Assembly (NCBI GenBank): GCA_964498735.1
Contig: CAZCHJ010000002.1
Location: forward strand, 1-36,943
DNA length: 36,943 bases
Direction of reading: 5' to 3'
Source: an uncultured Gammaproteobacteria bacterium
GTDB lineage: Bacteria; Patescibacteriota; Patescibacteriia; Magasanikbacterales; UBA922
Shown: positions 1 to 7,757 of the stretch, piece by piece
Layout of the letters: each line of letters starts with the position of its first letter
How positions within the stretch are numbered: the stretch's first letter is position 1
Notes under the pieces: generated by a model
Seen by the model: the letters and a program-made list of their open reading frames with translations, nothing else
Databases searched by the model: none
Told to the model about the DNA's origin: nothing
Position numbers and translations under genes: made by a program

Positions 1-107
1 GGCCTTTTTGCACCTCTTCCACACGTTTATTCACAACTTGTCTTCTTGTTTTTTACTTGTCGCGATATACTGATCATCGACGCGCGATCGAGTACGTCGT
101 TTTATAA

Positions 108-156
108 GTCTTGTGTTCTCCGCTTTCCCTCTCTCTCACAAGACGAGAGGGAGAGC
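108..156 (+). promoter_or_regulatory. Leader RNA structure with two interlocking stems (108-115/137-144 and 122-133/145-156) upstream of the first CDS
   Basis: GTCTTGTG/CACAAGAC is an exact inverted repeat. GCTTTCCCTCTC/GAGAGGGAGAGC gives a 12-bp pairing with one G-U. Checked by hand. Confidence 0.35.
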
Positions 157-172
157 AGAGAAAAAATCAAAT

Positions 173-883
173 ATGAAAATAAGTAACATCGAGGTACCTT
201 ACGCCCAAATACCAAACGGCGTGCTCTTCGATCCAACGCTTTCTTGGAAAGCAAAAGGTGTATGGGCGTATATTCAAGCAAAACCGAATGATTGGGATTT
301 TTCTTCCGAACGTATGGCCGGAGATTCAATCGACGGAGTTCGCGCTACGAGATCGGGTATCGACGAACTCATTGAAAAAGGATATCTTGTCGCTCGACGT
401 TTACAGTCGGGAAGAATGGAATACTCTCTCACCGAAAAAGCCATAAGTACAAAAAGCCACAATGCTAAAACCGCACTGTGCCAAAACAGCACTGATAATA
501 AAGAAAGAATTATTACAAAGAAAGATACTAAACAAACTACTCCGGCAAAGCCGGAGAGCGACGAACTCTTTCTTTCTTTTTGGGAATCATATCCAAAGAG
601 GAAACGTGATCGAGAGCTATGCCGTAAAAAGTTTTTGAGTTTTGAGCTTGAGCTTCAGAGAAAGATAGTCGAAGACGTTCGTACTCGTCGAGTGAAGCAT
701 ACCGATTGGGTAAAAGAAAATGGCCGCTTTGTATGTGCTCCGATCGTATACCTTCGCGGTAAACGTTGGGAAGAAGAGATCGACAACGCTGGACTTCAAA
801 AGATCTCGAATGTTCACCACAACGAGCCGGTCGCTGGAAAGAAAAGTGCCGCCGAAAAATTAAAAGCTAAACAAGAAAAATAA
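173..883 (+). CDS. Replication initiator / replisome organizer (DnaD-like winged helix plus conserved phage C-terminal domain)
   Basis: Lies in ORF 113..883; I prefer the ATG at 173 (MKISNIEVPYAQIPNGVLFD). wHTH-like segment GVRATRSGIDELIEKGYLVARR. The C-terminus FLSFWESYPKRK...YLRGKRWEEE resembles the conserved phage replication-protein C-terminus. It sits directly upstream of a DnaC-like loader. Confidence 0.6.
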   Translation: MKISNIEVPYAQIPNGVLFDPTLSWKAKGVWAYIQAKPNDWDFSSERMAGDSIDGVRATRSGIDELIEKGYLVARRLQSGRMEYSLTEKAISTKSHNAKTALCQNSTDNKERIITKKDTKQTTPAKPESDELFLSFWESYPKRKRDRELCRKKFLSFELELQRKIVEDVRTRRVKHTDWVKENGRFVCAPIVYLRGKRWEEEIDNAGLQKISNVHHNEPVAGKKSAAEKLKAKQEK

Positions 884-885
884 TC

Positions 886-1407
886 ATGCAAAAATACAAA
901 GAAGCTTCGATCGATAAGATCGACAAAAAACTTCACGCGAAAATAAAGAAGCTCGTCGAAGTAAACGAAAAGGAGAAGAAGATAGTTTTCTCGAAAGGTT
1001 TGTTTCTCTATGGAGGCACCGGCACCGGAAAGACATACATACTCCAAGCAATAAAAAATCGAGTGAGAGAGATCTCTCACCGCACCGGAATCGTGTATGA
1101 AAATTGGGTGGATCTTTTGATCGATCTCCGTTCCGATTTCAATATGCTCCGATCTCGTATCGACGATATCACTTCGAAGGACGTGATCATGCTCGATGAT
1201 CTCGGATCGGAAAAGCAAACGGAATGGTCTCAAGAGATCCTTTATGCGATCGTGAATAAAGCTTACAACACCGAAAAAAGGATCTTCCTCGCGACGAATC
1301 TTTCTCTCCAACAGTTCGAGGATAAGTACGGCGATCGCATTTTGTCGAGGTTGGGAGAGACGTGCGAAATGCTTGAAATTAAAGGGGAAGATCGCCGTCT
1401 CGAATAG
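886..1407 (+). CDS. DnaC/IstB-like AAA+ ATPase (helicase loader)
   Basis: Walker A GLFLYGGTGTGKTY and Walker B VIMLDDLGSE. Size and position after the initiator are typical. Confidence 0.75.
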   Translation: MQKYKEASIDKIDKKLHAKIKKLVEVNEKEKKIVFSKGLFLYGGTGTGKTYILQAIKNRVREISHRTGIVYENWVDLLIDLRSDFNMLRSRIDDITSKDVIMLDDLGSEKQTEWSQEILYAIVNKAYNTEKRIFLATNLSLQQFEDKYGDRILSRLGETCEMLEIKGEDRRLE

Positions 1408-1423
1408 TTTTTCCACAAATCAC

Positions 1424-1452
1424 TTGCTTTTATCTTGCGATTTTTCTATACT
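1424..1452 (+). promoter_or_regulatory. sigma70-type promoter TTGCTT-17 nt-TATACT
   Basis: -35 at 1424-1429 and -10 at 1447-1452. Only 6 nt separate the -10 from the ATG at 1459, which predicts a leaderless transcript. Confidence 0.5.
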
Positions 1453-1458
1453 GTTTAC

Positions 1459-1677
1459 ATGGCAAAAAGAGAACTAACTTCAAAGGAAAGAGAGGCTCTT
1501 GCCGAAAAGCTCGATCGATTAGTAGCTCCGGCAAGATCAAAAAAGATCTTTCGCTCGTGCTACGGATTGAATGACGGAATCTCGAAAAGCAACGCCGAAG
1601 TCGGGAAGCGATTCAAGATCACCGGCGAAGCGGTTCGTCAGACGGTCGCAAAGATCGAGGTGCTATTGCAAAAATAA
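1459..1677 (+). CDS. Free-standing sigma70 region 4 (4.2 HTH)-like protein, 72 aa
   Basis: RSCYGLNDGISKSNAEVGKRFKITGEAVRQTVAKIEVLL parallels RpoD region 4.2 [39 protein letters not shown] (recalled from memory). No region 2 or 3 is present. Confidence 0.55.
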   Translation: MAKRELTSKEREALAEKLDRLVAPARSKKIFRSCYGLNDGISKSNAEVGKRFKITGEAVRQTVAKIEVLLQK

Positions 1678-1728
1678 TTGTCGGGTATATGCCACCTTAC
1701 GGCTAGATTCAACGCGAACAAAATCAGT

Positions 1729-1953
1729 ATGCAAAATACAATCAACAACATCTTCACGTTTATCATCATCGCTCTTCTCGTGGTTATTACCGCGCAGATC
1801 TTCGGTGAAGGAATGAAGCGTGAAGAGATCGTCGAGTGCAATAAGTGGGAAAAGCAAGCGGAAACTTTTCCGAGTTTCTATCTCACTAAATGGCAAGACG
1901 ATCAATGCCGCGCACACGGTATCGTGATCAATACGACAGTCATCGAAAAGTAG
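1729..1953 (+). CDS. Small membrane protein
   Basis: Internal ATG of ORF 1678..1953. One hydrophobic helix, IFTFIIIALLVVITAQIF. Confidence 0.4.
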   Translation: MQNTINNIFTFIIIALLVVITAQIFGEGMKREEIVECNKWEKQAETFPSFYLTKWQDDQCRAHGIVINTTVIEK

Positions 1954-1974
1954 TCCTTTCGAGCTGTCTTTTTT
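1943..1974 (+). terminator. Weak hairpin plus T-run after the 1729..1953 CDS
   Basis: TCGAAAAG...CTTTCGA forms a 7-bp stem with one bulge, followed 5 nt later by TTTTTT. Confidence 0.25.
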
Positions 1975-1994
1975 ATTGTTTAATTTTAGAAACT

Positions 1995-2825
1995 ATGCAA
2001 ATTACCAAAACGACGGACGCGGCTTCAAAGCCTTCGCTCGTCATGCTTGTATACGGAAACGGTGGTGTCGGAAAGACAACGTTCGGAAGCACGGCTCCGA
2101 AACCTCTTCTTGTCGATTGCGAGAACGGAGCGAAATACTTCGGTCTTCGCGGTATCGAAATGGACGTCGCAAAGATTTCGAAATGGGAAGACATTCAAGG
2201 TCTCCACGAGATCGCACGAAGCGGAGATTATGAGACGATCATCATCGATCCGATCGGTGAGCTTATGGAGAAGCTCAAGGTGTACATGGTCAGCCTCAAG
2301 AATCCGAAAAACGTAATGCCGGACGGATCTCCGACAATGGCCGGTTGGGGTTGGCTCAAGGACGCAATGAAGTCAATGCTCAAGCAACTTCGCGATACCG
2401 GAGTGAATATCCTTCTCGTCGCGCACGTCGAAGAAAAAGACGTCGAAGGAACACTCGTGAAGCGCCCGAAGATACTCACGAAGATCTCCGAAGATCTTAT
2501 CGCTTTCGTGGACGTTGTCGGCTACATGCAAGCCGTAACTGTGAATGAAGACAATCAGCCGGTAACGAAGCGTATTATCCGTGTACAGCCTTCGGAGACG
2601 TATGAAGCGAAGGATCGCACGAATCAGCTTGGCGCAATCATTCCGCCGAACTTCTCCGAGATCATCGAAGCAACAAGCGGAACGAAGACGTTCAAGTGGT
2701 CAAAGAACGCTGAAGCCGCCCCAAAAAAGGAAGAGAAGAACGAAGAGACAACTCCTTCCAAAAAAGACGGCATGAAAGACAAGCTCAATGCCGCCGCAAA
2801 AAAGGGAGCTAAATCCAAGAAGTAG
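1995..2825 (+). CDS. Sak4-like / AAA_24 RecA-fold ATPase (recombination)
   Basis: Starts MQITK inside ORF 1890..2825. P-loop LVYGNGGVGKTTF, then PLLVDCENG and a Walker B-like TIIIDPIGEL. Lys-rich tail. Confidence 0.75.
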   Translation: MQITKTTDAASKPSLVMLVYGNGGVGKTTFGSTAPKPLLVDCENGAKYFGLRGIEMDVAKISKWEDIQGLHEIARSGDYETIIIDPIGELMEKLKVYMVSLKNPKNVMPDGSPTMAGWGWLKDAMKSMLKQLRDTGVNILLVAHVEEKDVEGTLVKRPKILTKISEDLIAFVDVVGYMQAVTVNEDNQPVTKRIIRVQPSETYEAKDRTNQLGAIIPPNFSEIIEATSGTKTFKWSKNAEAAPKKEEKNEETTPSKKDGMKDKLNAAAKKGAKSKK

Positions 2826-2828
2826 TCT

Positions 2829-3011
2829 ATGGAAGAACTCTCATTCAATTTTCCTGCAATAAGCCTTCCGGTGCATGTTCAAGTCGGGAAGGCGAATTAC
2901 ATCGACGTTCCTGATTTTGAGATTGTGATCAATGCCGAGACGAATGAAGTCGTCGGCGTCCTTTCTCCGAAACAGATCGCCGTCGGTAAGACACTCAAAA
3001 AAAATGGCTAA
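2829..3011 (+). CDS. Hypothetical protein (60 aa)
   Basis: Fills the gap between neighbouring genes in the + orientation. No motif recognised. Confidence 0.35.
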   Translation: MEELSFNFPAISLPVHVQVGKANYIDVPDFEIVINAETNEVVGVLSPKQIAVGKTLKKNG

Positions 3012-3924
3012 AACAAAAGACATGAAACCATACGTTCCAAAAGGTGAAGTCGTCTCGTTCTATGGCGGCAAGGTGCAGATCGAAAAAAAGCCGTGGGGAG
3101 AAAGTTTCAGGTACATCAAGATCGAAACAGGCGTCGGCGGAATACTTTCCGCCACCGCTTGCACCGGAAAACTCAACAAACCGGCTTTGATAAAATGGGC
3201 GGTAGATCTCTCGGCTGATCACATGATCGCCCATTTCTCTCAAGCGTGCGCCGAAAATCCAAAGACATTCGCTCTCGAAGAGATCATTGCGGTTGCGGAG
3301 CAAGCTCGAAACAAACACGAAGAGAAGAAGACTGAAGGCGGAGAAGCCGGAGATATCATTCACAATTACGCGCACGATTTCGCAAAAGCTGTGATTGCAA
3401 AGAAACCTCTTCCAACATTCGACCACCTCGACGAAAAAAACACCGTCGAGAATCGCGCCCTCAACGGAATCAATGCTTTCCTTTCTTGGTACAATCTTCA
3501 TCACGTCGAGTTCCTCGCAATGGAAGAGCTTGTGTACTACAACTCATATCTCGCCGGTGATACGAAGGCCGGTGAAGACATCATCGAGTACCTCGGAATC
3601 ATGGACTTGCTCGCTCGCATAGACGGAAAGATCGAAGTGATCGATTACAAGTCTTCCAAAGGGGTATATAACGATCAGCGCTATCAAGTATCAGGGTACT
3701 TCAATGCTCACAATTCAAACGCTCTCCGCGATCGAAAAGCGAGTGGCGCTCGAATCGTAAACTTCAGCAAGGACACCGGAGATCTCATTGAGAAAGCCGT
3801 TCCGGCCGAAGAAGTGATGAAAGATTATCGAGCTTTTATTGGGTTGTTCATGGTAGCAACGCGAGAAAAAGAACTCGACGCGGAATATCGCGCATTACAA
3901 AAGACAGCTAACAACAAAGAATAA
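3004..3924 (+). CDS. PD-(D/E)XK (RecB/Cas4-like) exonuclease
   Basis: Starts MAKTKDMKPY inside ORF 2932..3924. Nuclease core MDLLARIDGKIEVIDYKSSK, followed by a QVSGY (QxxxY)-type motif. Flanked by Sak4 and SSB. Confidence 0.65.
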   Translation: MAKTKDMKPYVPKGEVVSFYGGKVQIEKKPWGESFRYIKIETGVGGILSATACTGKLNKPALIKWAVDLSADHMIAHFSQACAENPKTFALEEIIAVAEQARNKHEEKKTEGGEAGDIIHNYAHDFAKAVIAKKPLPTFDHLDEKNTVENRALNGINAFLSWYNLHHVEFLAMEELVYYNSYLAGDTKAGEDIIEYLGIMDLLARIDGKIEVIDYKSSKGVYNDQRYQVSGYFNAHNSNALRDRKASGARIVNFSKDTGDLIEKAVPAEEVMKDYRAFIGLFMVATREKELDAEYRALQKTANNKE

Positions 3925-3928
3925 TTCT

Positions 3929-4459
3929 ATGAATCTCAACAAAGTACACCTCATCGGGCGCCTTACTCGTGATCCTGAATTGAAAGCTCTTCCGAGCGGA
4001 TCGAAAGTTGTGAGTTTTTCAATCGCAACGACGCGCGTGTGGCTCGACGAAAACAAGGCAAAGCAAGAGGCGACAGATTTTCACAACCTCGTCGCCTTCG
4101 GCCGCCAAGCAGAAACGCTCGCGCAGTACACGAAGAAAGGACACTTGATCTATCTCGAAGGGCGTATGCAAACTCGCTCATGGGAAGACGAATCGAGCGG
4201 TAAAAAAATGTACCGTTGCGAAGTGGTCGTCGAAGGTTTTCAGTTTGCTCCAAAAGCGGCAAATGCCGGAGTGAGTGAAGGATCTCAAGACGTAGCGTTT
4301 CCGGAAGAAGATCGTCCGGCACGCGCACCGGCTCGCGGTGCATACGGAAAGGGCGGTGCGAAAAAGAAGACGACGACAACGAAACGAGCAACGCCGTCCG
4401 GAGGGGATAGTGTCGATTACCCTTCCGATGATATCAACGCAGAGGACATTCCTTTTTAA
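3929..4459 (+). CDS. ssb: Single-stranded DNA-binding protein
   Basis: OB-fold N-terminus MNLNKVHLIGRLTRDPELKALPSGSKVVSFSIATTRVW, a Gly/Pro-rich linker, and the acidic tail DDINAEDIPF. Confidence 0.9.
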   Translation: MNLNKVHLIGRLTRDPELKALPSGSKVVSFSIATTRVWLDENKAKQEATDFHNLVAFGRQAETLAQYTKKGHLIYLEGRMQTRSWEDESSGKKMYRCEVVVEGFQFAPKAANAGVSEGSQDVAFPEEDRPARAPARGAYGKGGAKKKTTTTKRATPSGGDSVDYPSDDINAEDIPF

Positions 4460-4463
4460 TCAA

Positions 4464-4661
4464 ATGTGGAAAATAGACGGTATTCTCATAAAAGACGAAG
4501 AGGCTCTCCGCGAGCATTGTGCGAATAACATCACGCAATCCGGAAAGCCCTTCAAACAGGATTTCCGTGTGGCGGCAAATGCTTACCGCATGGCACCAAG
4601 CGATCTTCTTGCCCTAGTCGAGCACCTCGGTCATACCGTGGAGAAGGTCGAGGAAGAATAG
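4464..4661 (+). CDS. Hypothetical protein (65 aa)
   Basis: Internal ATG of ORF 4338..4661, placed just after the ssb stop. Confidence 0.4.
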   Translation: MWKIDGILIKDEEALREHCANNITQSGKPFKQDFRVAANAYRMAPSDLLALVEHLGHTVEKVEEE

Positions 4662-4662
4662 T

Positions 4663-4980
4663 ATGCAGATTACACAAAAACAAATTGAAGAGCAGTTCGC
4701 ACAAATGGCACCGCTCGGCAAAGTAAATAGAGAAAAATCGATCTCGAATTACGAAAAGATCGAGACGATTATGAAGGAAGCTTTGCCGAAGAAAATATGG
4801 TGGTTTGCGTATGAGTTCGTCGGCCGCACGCAAACGATGAAACACGGAGAAGTATTCATCAGCTACGAGATCTCCGCACGTTTGGCTGAAATGGTCGATG
4901 AAGGATTAGTGATAACCGCGAGATCGGAAGGCAAGCTCAATCTATATCGATTACCGGATCATGTTCTCGTTTCGAGATAA
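4663..4980 (+). CDS. Hypothetical protein, possible winged-helix
   Basis: ORF abuts its neighbours. The segment ISARLAEMVDEGLVITARSEGKLNLYRL looks wHTH-like. Confidence 0.4.
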   Translation: MQITQKQIEEQFAQMAPLGKVNREKSISNYEKIETIMKEALPKKIWWFAYEFVGRTQTMKHGEVFISYEISARLAEMVDEGLVITARSEGKLNLYRLPDHVLVSR

Positions 4981-5315
4981 TGAATCACATTCCGAAGTGG
5001 CTCAATGATTCTTTCAATGATGATCCCTATTACAAAAAATGTTGTCTCGCTTTCCTCGGAGGTTGTAATGGGAGGATCGAAAGACACCACGCTTTGATCT
5101 TCGCAGGGCGACAAGTGCAAGCTCGATTCTGTATTCTTCCGGCGTGTCATGCTCATCACGAACTTGCTCGCCGGAAAGATATCAAAGAGCGCTTCGATTG
5201 GATCCTCTTGAATCGTGCGAATATGGGCGAATTACTAGCGATAAGTAAGGCCGAAAATTACGTCGCAATAAGAGATCGGCTCAATGAAAAATATGGCGCA
5301 TACAAATACCGGTAG
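4980..5315 (+). CDS. Cys/His-rich HNH-like zinc-binding protein
   Basis: CCLAFLGGCNGRIERHH...FCILPACHAHH fits the C..C..HH...PxCxxHH pattern of small His-Me finger proteins. Confidence 0.4.
   Translation: MNHIPKWLNDSFNDDPYYKKCCLAFLGGCNGRIERHHALIFAGRQVQARFCILPACHAHHELARRKDIKERFDWILLNRANMGELLAISKAENYVAIRDRLNEKYGAYKYR
5228..5238 (+). promoter_or_regulatory. Copy of the recurrent motif CGAATTACTAG
   Basis: This exact 11-mer is also found at 14407 and 22062. Here it lies inside a CDS, 45 nt upstream of the ATG at 5284. Confidence 0.35.
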
Positions 5316-5868
5316 ATACATTCTTGCAATCGTTGTGATCGGCATTTCTTCGCTCATAGTGTTATCATTATTTTCGAAGCACCCCTCCATTCTTCCGGCG
5401 TCTCGGGCGCCTGAAAATCCGGAGGTAAAAGTGCCGATCGAAGTGCCGGTCGTGGATTTCACGGACGCACAAGATCAGCCGGTAAAAAAACCGGCACCAA
5501 AAGCCGAGCCGAAAGTCGAATCTCCGGCACCGGCACCATTACAAAATAATCAGGTAGATCCGAAACCGGAAGAAACGCAACCAACGACGATCGTGAATAT
5601 AACAACTTCACCGACGACGGTGATCGTAAATACTCCGGCTCCGGAAACGCCACAAGCACCAATGCCAACGAGCGCAAAAACGTACAACATCACGAAAGGC
5701 ACAGAGCCTTTCAAGCAGAATCTTACCGAAGCAGAAGTTCGAGAGTTCGCAGGATCTCTCAACAACTATGTGAAGTGGAAGAAGCAAATGAAGGAGGCCG
5801 ATCTTGAGATCGTCTTCGGTGCTCTCTCATCAAACGGTTATGCAGTTCAAGAAAACGATCCGCAATAA
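5284..5868 (+). CDS. Membrane-anchored Pro/Thr-rich protein
   Basis: N-terminal TM helix YILAIVVIGISSLIVLSLF followed by a Pro-rich spacer. An alternative ATG is at 5293. Confidence 0.5.
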   Translation: MKNMAHTNTGRYILAIVVIGISSLIVLSLFSKHPSILPASRAPENPEVKVPIEVPVVDFTDAQDQPVKKPAPKAEPKVESPAPAPLQNNQVDPKPEETQPTTIVNITTSPTTVIVNTPAPETPQAPMPTSAKTYNITKGTEPFKQNLTEAEVREFAGSLNNYVKWKKQMKEADLEIVFGALSSNGYAVQENDPQ

Positions 5869-6199
5869 ACCCGTCGGCGAGAAGGAAAGCGACGTTCAAA
5901 ACACGATATGCGAATATCTTGAATTGAAACGTCGCTGTTTCTTCCGCCTCAACAACATTCCAGCTTTCAATCGCGGTGGTGAAGGAGGATTCACGATGAG
6001 ACGTCTTCCAAAGTACACACCGAAAGGGCTTCCGGATATTATCGTGATCGCCGGAGGACTGTTCTTTGGTCTCGAAGTGAAGAAGTCGGACGGCCGACAA
6101 TCACCGGATCAAAAAGCTTTCGAGAAATGGGTGAAAGATCACGGCGGCCGATACCACGTCGTCAGATCGGTCGAAGACGTAAAAGCTATCGGGTTATGA
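5804..6199 (+). CDS. VRR-NUC domain nuclease
   Basis: GLPDIIVIAGGLFFGLEVKKSDGRQSPDQKAFEKWVKDHGGRYHVV contains the D...ExK core and the Q of VRR-NUC. The TTG start at 5804 has AAGGAGG 6 nt upstream. An alternative ATG is at 5840. Confidence 0.7.
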   Translation: MRSSSVLSHQTVMQFKKTIRNKPVGEKESDVQNTICEYLELKRRCFFRLNNIPAFNRGGEGGFTMRRLPKYTPKGLPDIIVIAGGLFFGLEVKKSDGRQSPDQKAFEKWVKDHGGRYHVVRSVEDVKAIGL

Positions 6200-6342
6200 A
6201 TATAAAAAACTTGCGCGAATGGCTGATCTATAAAAAAGGAGAAGTGAGCACCGCAGTAAATCGAGAAGCAACGATCGGGGAGCTAATGCAGGTCGTCGAG
6301 CTTCTTGTTGAGAAGGAGGAAAATGAAAACAAAGATCATTAA
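6196..6342 (+). CDS. Hypothetical protein (48 aa)
   Basis: ATGA overlap with the VRR-NUC stop. Sequence begins MNIKNLREWLIYKKGE. Confidence 0.35.
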   Translation: MNIKNLREWLIYKKGEVSTAVNREATIGELMQVVELLVEKEENENKDH

Positions 6343-6730
6343 AAAACGTCCTCCGTTTTGGAGAATCCTGAAGATCTTTTTTCCGGAGTACGATCCGGAC
6401 GGAACGGTCTCCGTCGCTTTCGGCCGAACGATCTACACAAACCAAGAGATCCCGAAGGACTACATCGTGCACGAAGAACAGCACCTCAAGCAACATTGTC
6501 ATTCGTACACGATCGCGGTGCTTTGGTGGATCATGTATTGCCTCTCGAAGAGCTTCCGTTATTCGCAAGAGCGAGACGCCTTCCGTACTCAATTCAAATG
6601 GATCATGGAGAATGAGCCGTGGACGCGAGCACGCAAGATCGTCGAACTCGCAAAAGGTCTCTCGTCTCCGCTCTATGGATCAATGGTCGATGAGCGACAG
6701 GCACAAAAAGAATTGCTCATGTATGAATAA
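6323..6730 (+). CDS. Small HExxH-motif protein (putative zincin)
   Basis: ATG at 6323 is preceded by GAAGGAGGAAA. Motif IVHEEQHLKQH. Confidence 0.45.
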   Translation: MKTKIIKKRPPFWRILKIFFPEYDPDGTVSVAFGRTIYTNQEIPKDYIVHEEQHLKQHCHSYTIAVLWWIMYCLSKSFRYSQERDAFRTQFKWIMENEPWTRARKIVELAKGLSSPLYGSMVDERQAQKELLMYE

Positions 6731-7199
6731 AAAAATCAAAAAGCAAAAGCATACTCGCACAAAGCGAGCGATCGAGCCGGACGAGATCGTGGAGACGAAA
6801 GACTTCGCCGCGACGGTTGTGCTCAAAGACGGAAAGAAAGGATTTCAAGTCGATTCTCCGGCGTGGTACCAAACGCAAATGAATAAGTTCAAGGAGGGCG
6901 ACAAAGTCTCGATCTATATCTCGACACGCCGTCCAAAGCGCACGCTTCGACAGAATCGTTTCTATTGGAAATATCTCACGATGATCGGAGAGGAAACCGG
7001 AGAGCGTAATACCGAGAGCCTTCACAAGCTCTTCTCCGGAATGTTTCTCACCGAAGAGATCAAAGAGGTGCTCGGCCGTCAGGTTCGTATTGTGAAGAGC
7101 ACAACGACGCTCTCAAAGCATGATTTTGGCGAGTACATCGACAAGATCCACGCCGAAACCGGTATCGATCTACCGCCAACGGCCGACGAATTGGACTAG
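6723..7199 (+). CDS. NinB/Orf-like recombination mediator
   Basis: Starts MNKKIKK inside ORF 6612..7199. RRPKRTLRQNRFYWKYL parallels lambda NinB RNRSLDQNRKLWACL, and STTTLSKHDFGEYIDKIHAETGIDL parallels STSRMRVGEFAELLELIQAFG (recalled from memory). Confidence 0.6.
   Translation: MNKKIKKQKHTRTKRAIEPDEIVETKDFAATVVLKDGKKGFQVDSPAWYQTQMNKFKEGDKVSIYISTRRPKRTLRQNRFYWKYLTMIGEETGERNTESLHKLFSGMFLTEEIKEVLGRQVRIVKSTTTLSKHDFGEYIDKIHAETGIDLPPTADELD
7187..7199 (+). promoter_or_regulatory. Variant copy of the recurrent motif (CGAATTGGACTAG)
   Basis: CGAATTGGACTAGCAAG compares with CGAATCATTACTAGCAAG at 21812. Its TAG is the stop codon of the NinB-like gene. Confidence 0.3.
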
Positions 7200-7253
7200 C
7201 AAGAAAAAAACAAGTTTATCCACACCGGCCGAGTGGAGATCTCTTTCCGGAGG

Positions 7254-7262
7254 TGGTAAAAT
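7254..7262 (+). promoter_or_regulatory. Extended -10 element TGGTAAAAT
   Basis: Member of the TGGTAtAAT family seen at 11060, 16363, 18846 and 27887. It lies in the 109-nt gap before the ATG at 7309. Confidence 0.35.
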
Positions 7263-7308
7263 TAGGAGGTCAAAGGCTCAAATTATTATTTAATTTTTAA
7301 GAAAAACT

Positions 7309-7752
7309 ATGTTTGAAGCGATCATGTTCATGTTATTCGGGAAGCGTTGGGTGAAGTATCAAATGCTCACCGGTCTCAAGGGTGCAATCTTCGTAAACGA
7401 AATGGAGGTTGCAATGGATAAGGAAAAATACAACAAGGCAGTCGCCGCGAAAGAACAGCTTGAGAAGGATTACGCGGCTCTTCTTGAAACACCTCTCACC
7501 GATCCGAAAGAACTTCTCTCCGAAGAAGACTTGAAGAGTGAGAAAATGGTGTACGACATTCGAAAGAAGCTTGAAGCAGAACGTAAGGAGGCCGTCGAAG
7601 CTTTCAAGGTGAAGATCAAGGAGGCAACCTCCGAAGTCTCCGTCGCTGAAGCCAATATGGATCGTACTTACGGAATCTCTTACAGCAACCGTCGAAAGTT
7701 TGATTTTATCAGGGGCTATAAAATTGTTCCGACATACGCGGACAAGAAGTAA
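7309..7752 (+). CDS. Hypothetical coiled-coil protein
   Basis: Long + ORF with a Glu/Lys-rich heptad-like sequence. A later in-frame start is possible. Confidence 0.45.
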   Translation: MFEAIMFMLFGKRWVKYQMLTGLKGAIFVNEMEVAMDKEKYNKAVAAKEQLEKDYAALLETPLTDPKELLSEEDLKSEKMVYDIRKKLEAERKEAVEAFKVKIKEATSEVSVAEANMDRTYGISYSNRRKFDFIRGYKIVPTYADKK

Positions 7753-7757
7753 AAGTT

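Noticed and set aside
113-172. GTG-initiated N-terminal extension of the first ORF
   Set aside because: The extension would be translated through the strong stem-loops at 108-156 and encodes an odd peptide (MFSAFPLSHKTRGRAEKKSN). The ATG at 173 gives a typical wHTH N-terminus.
814-1416. 200-aa minus-strand ORF antisense to the DnaC-like gene
   Set aside because: It lies entirely inside a + strand gene with clear Walker motifs. Its translation is low-complexity (Phe/Leu/Ile-rich) and mirrors the sense codons. No minus-strand gene in the window has any motif support.
7264-7269. Perfect AGGAGG Shine-Dalgarno sequence in the 7200-7308 gap
   Set aside because: There is no ATG, GTG or TTG within a usable distance downstream. 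The next start is 40 nt away.
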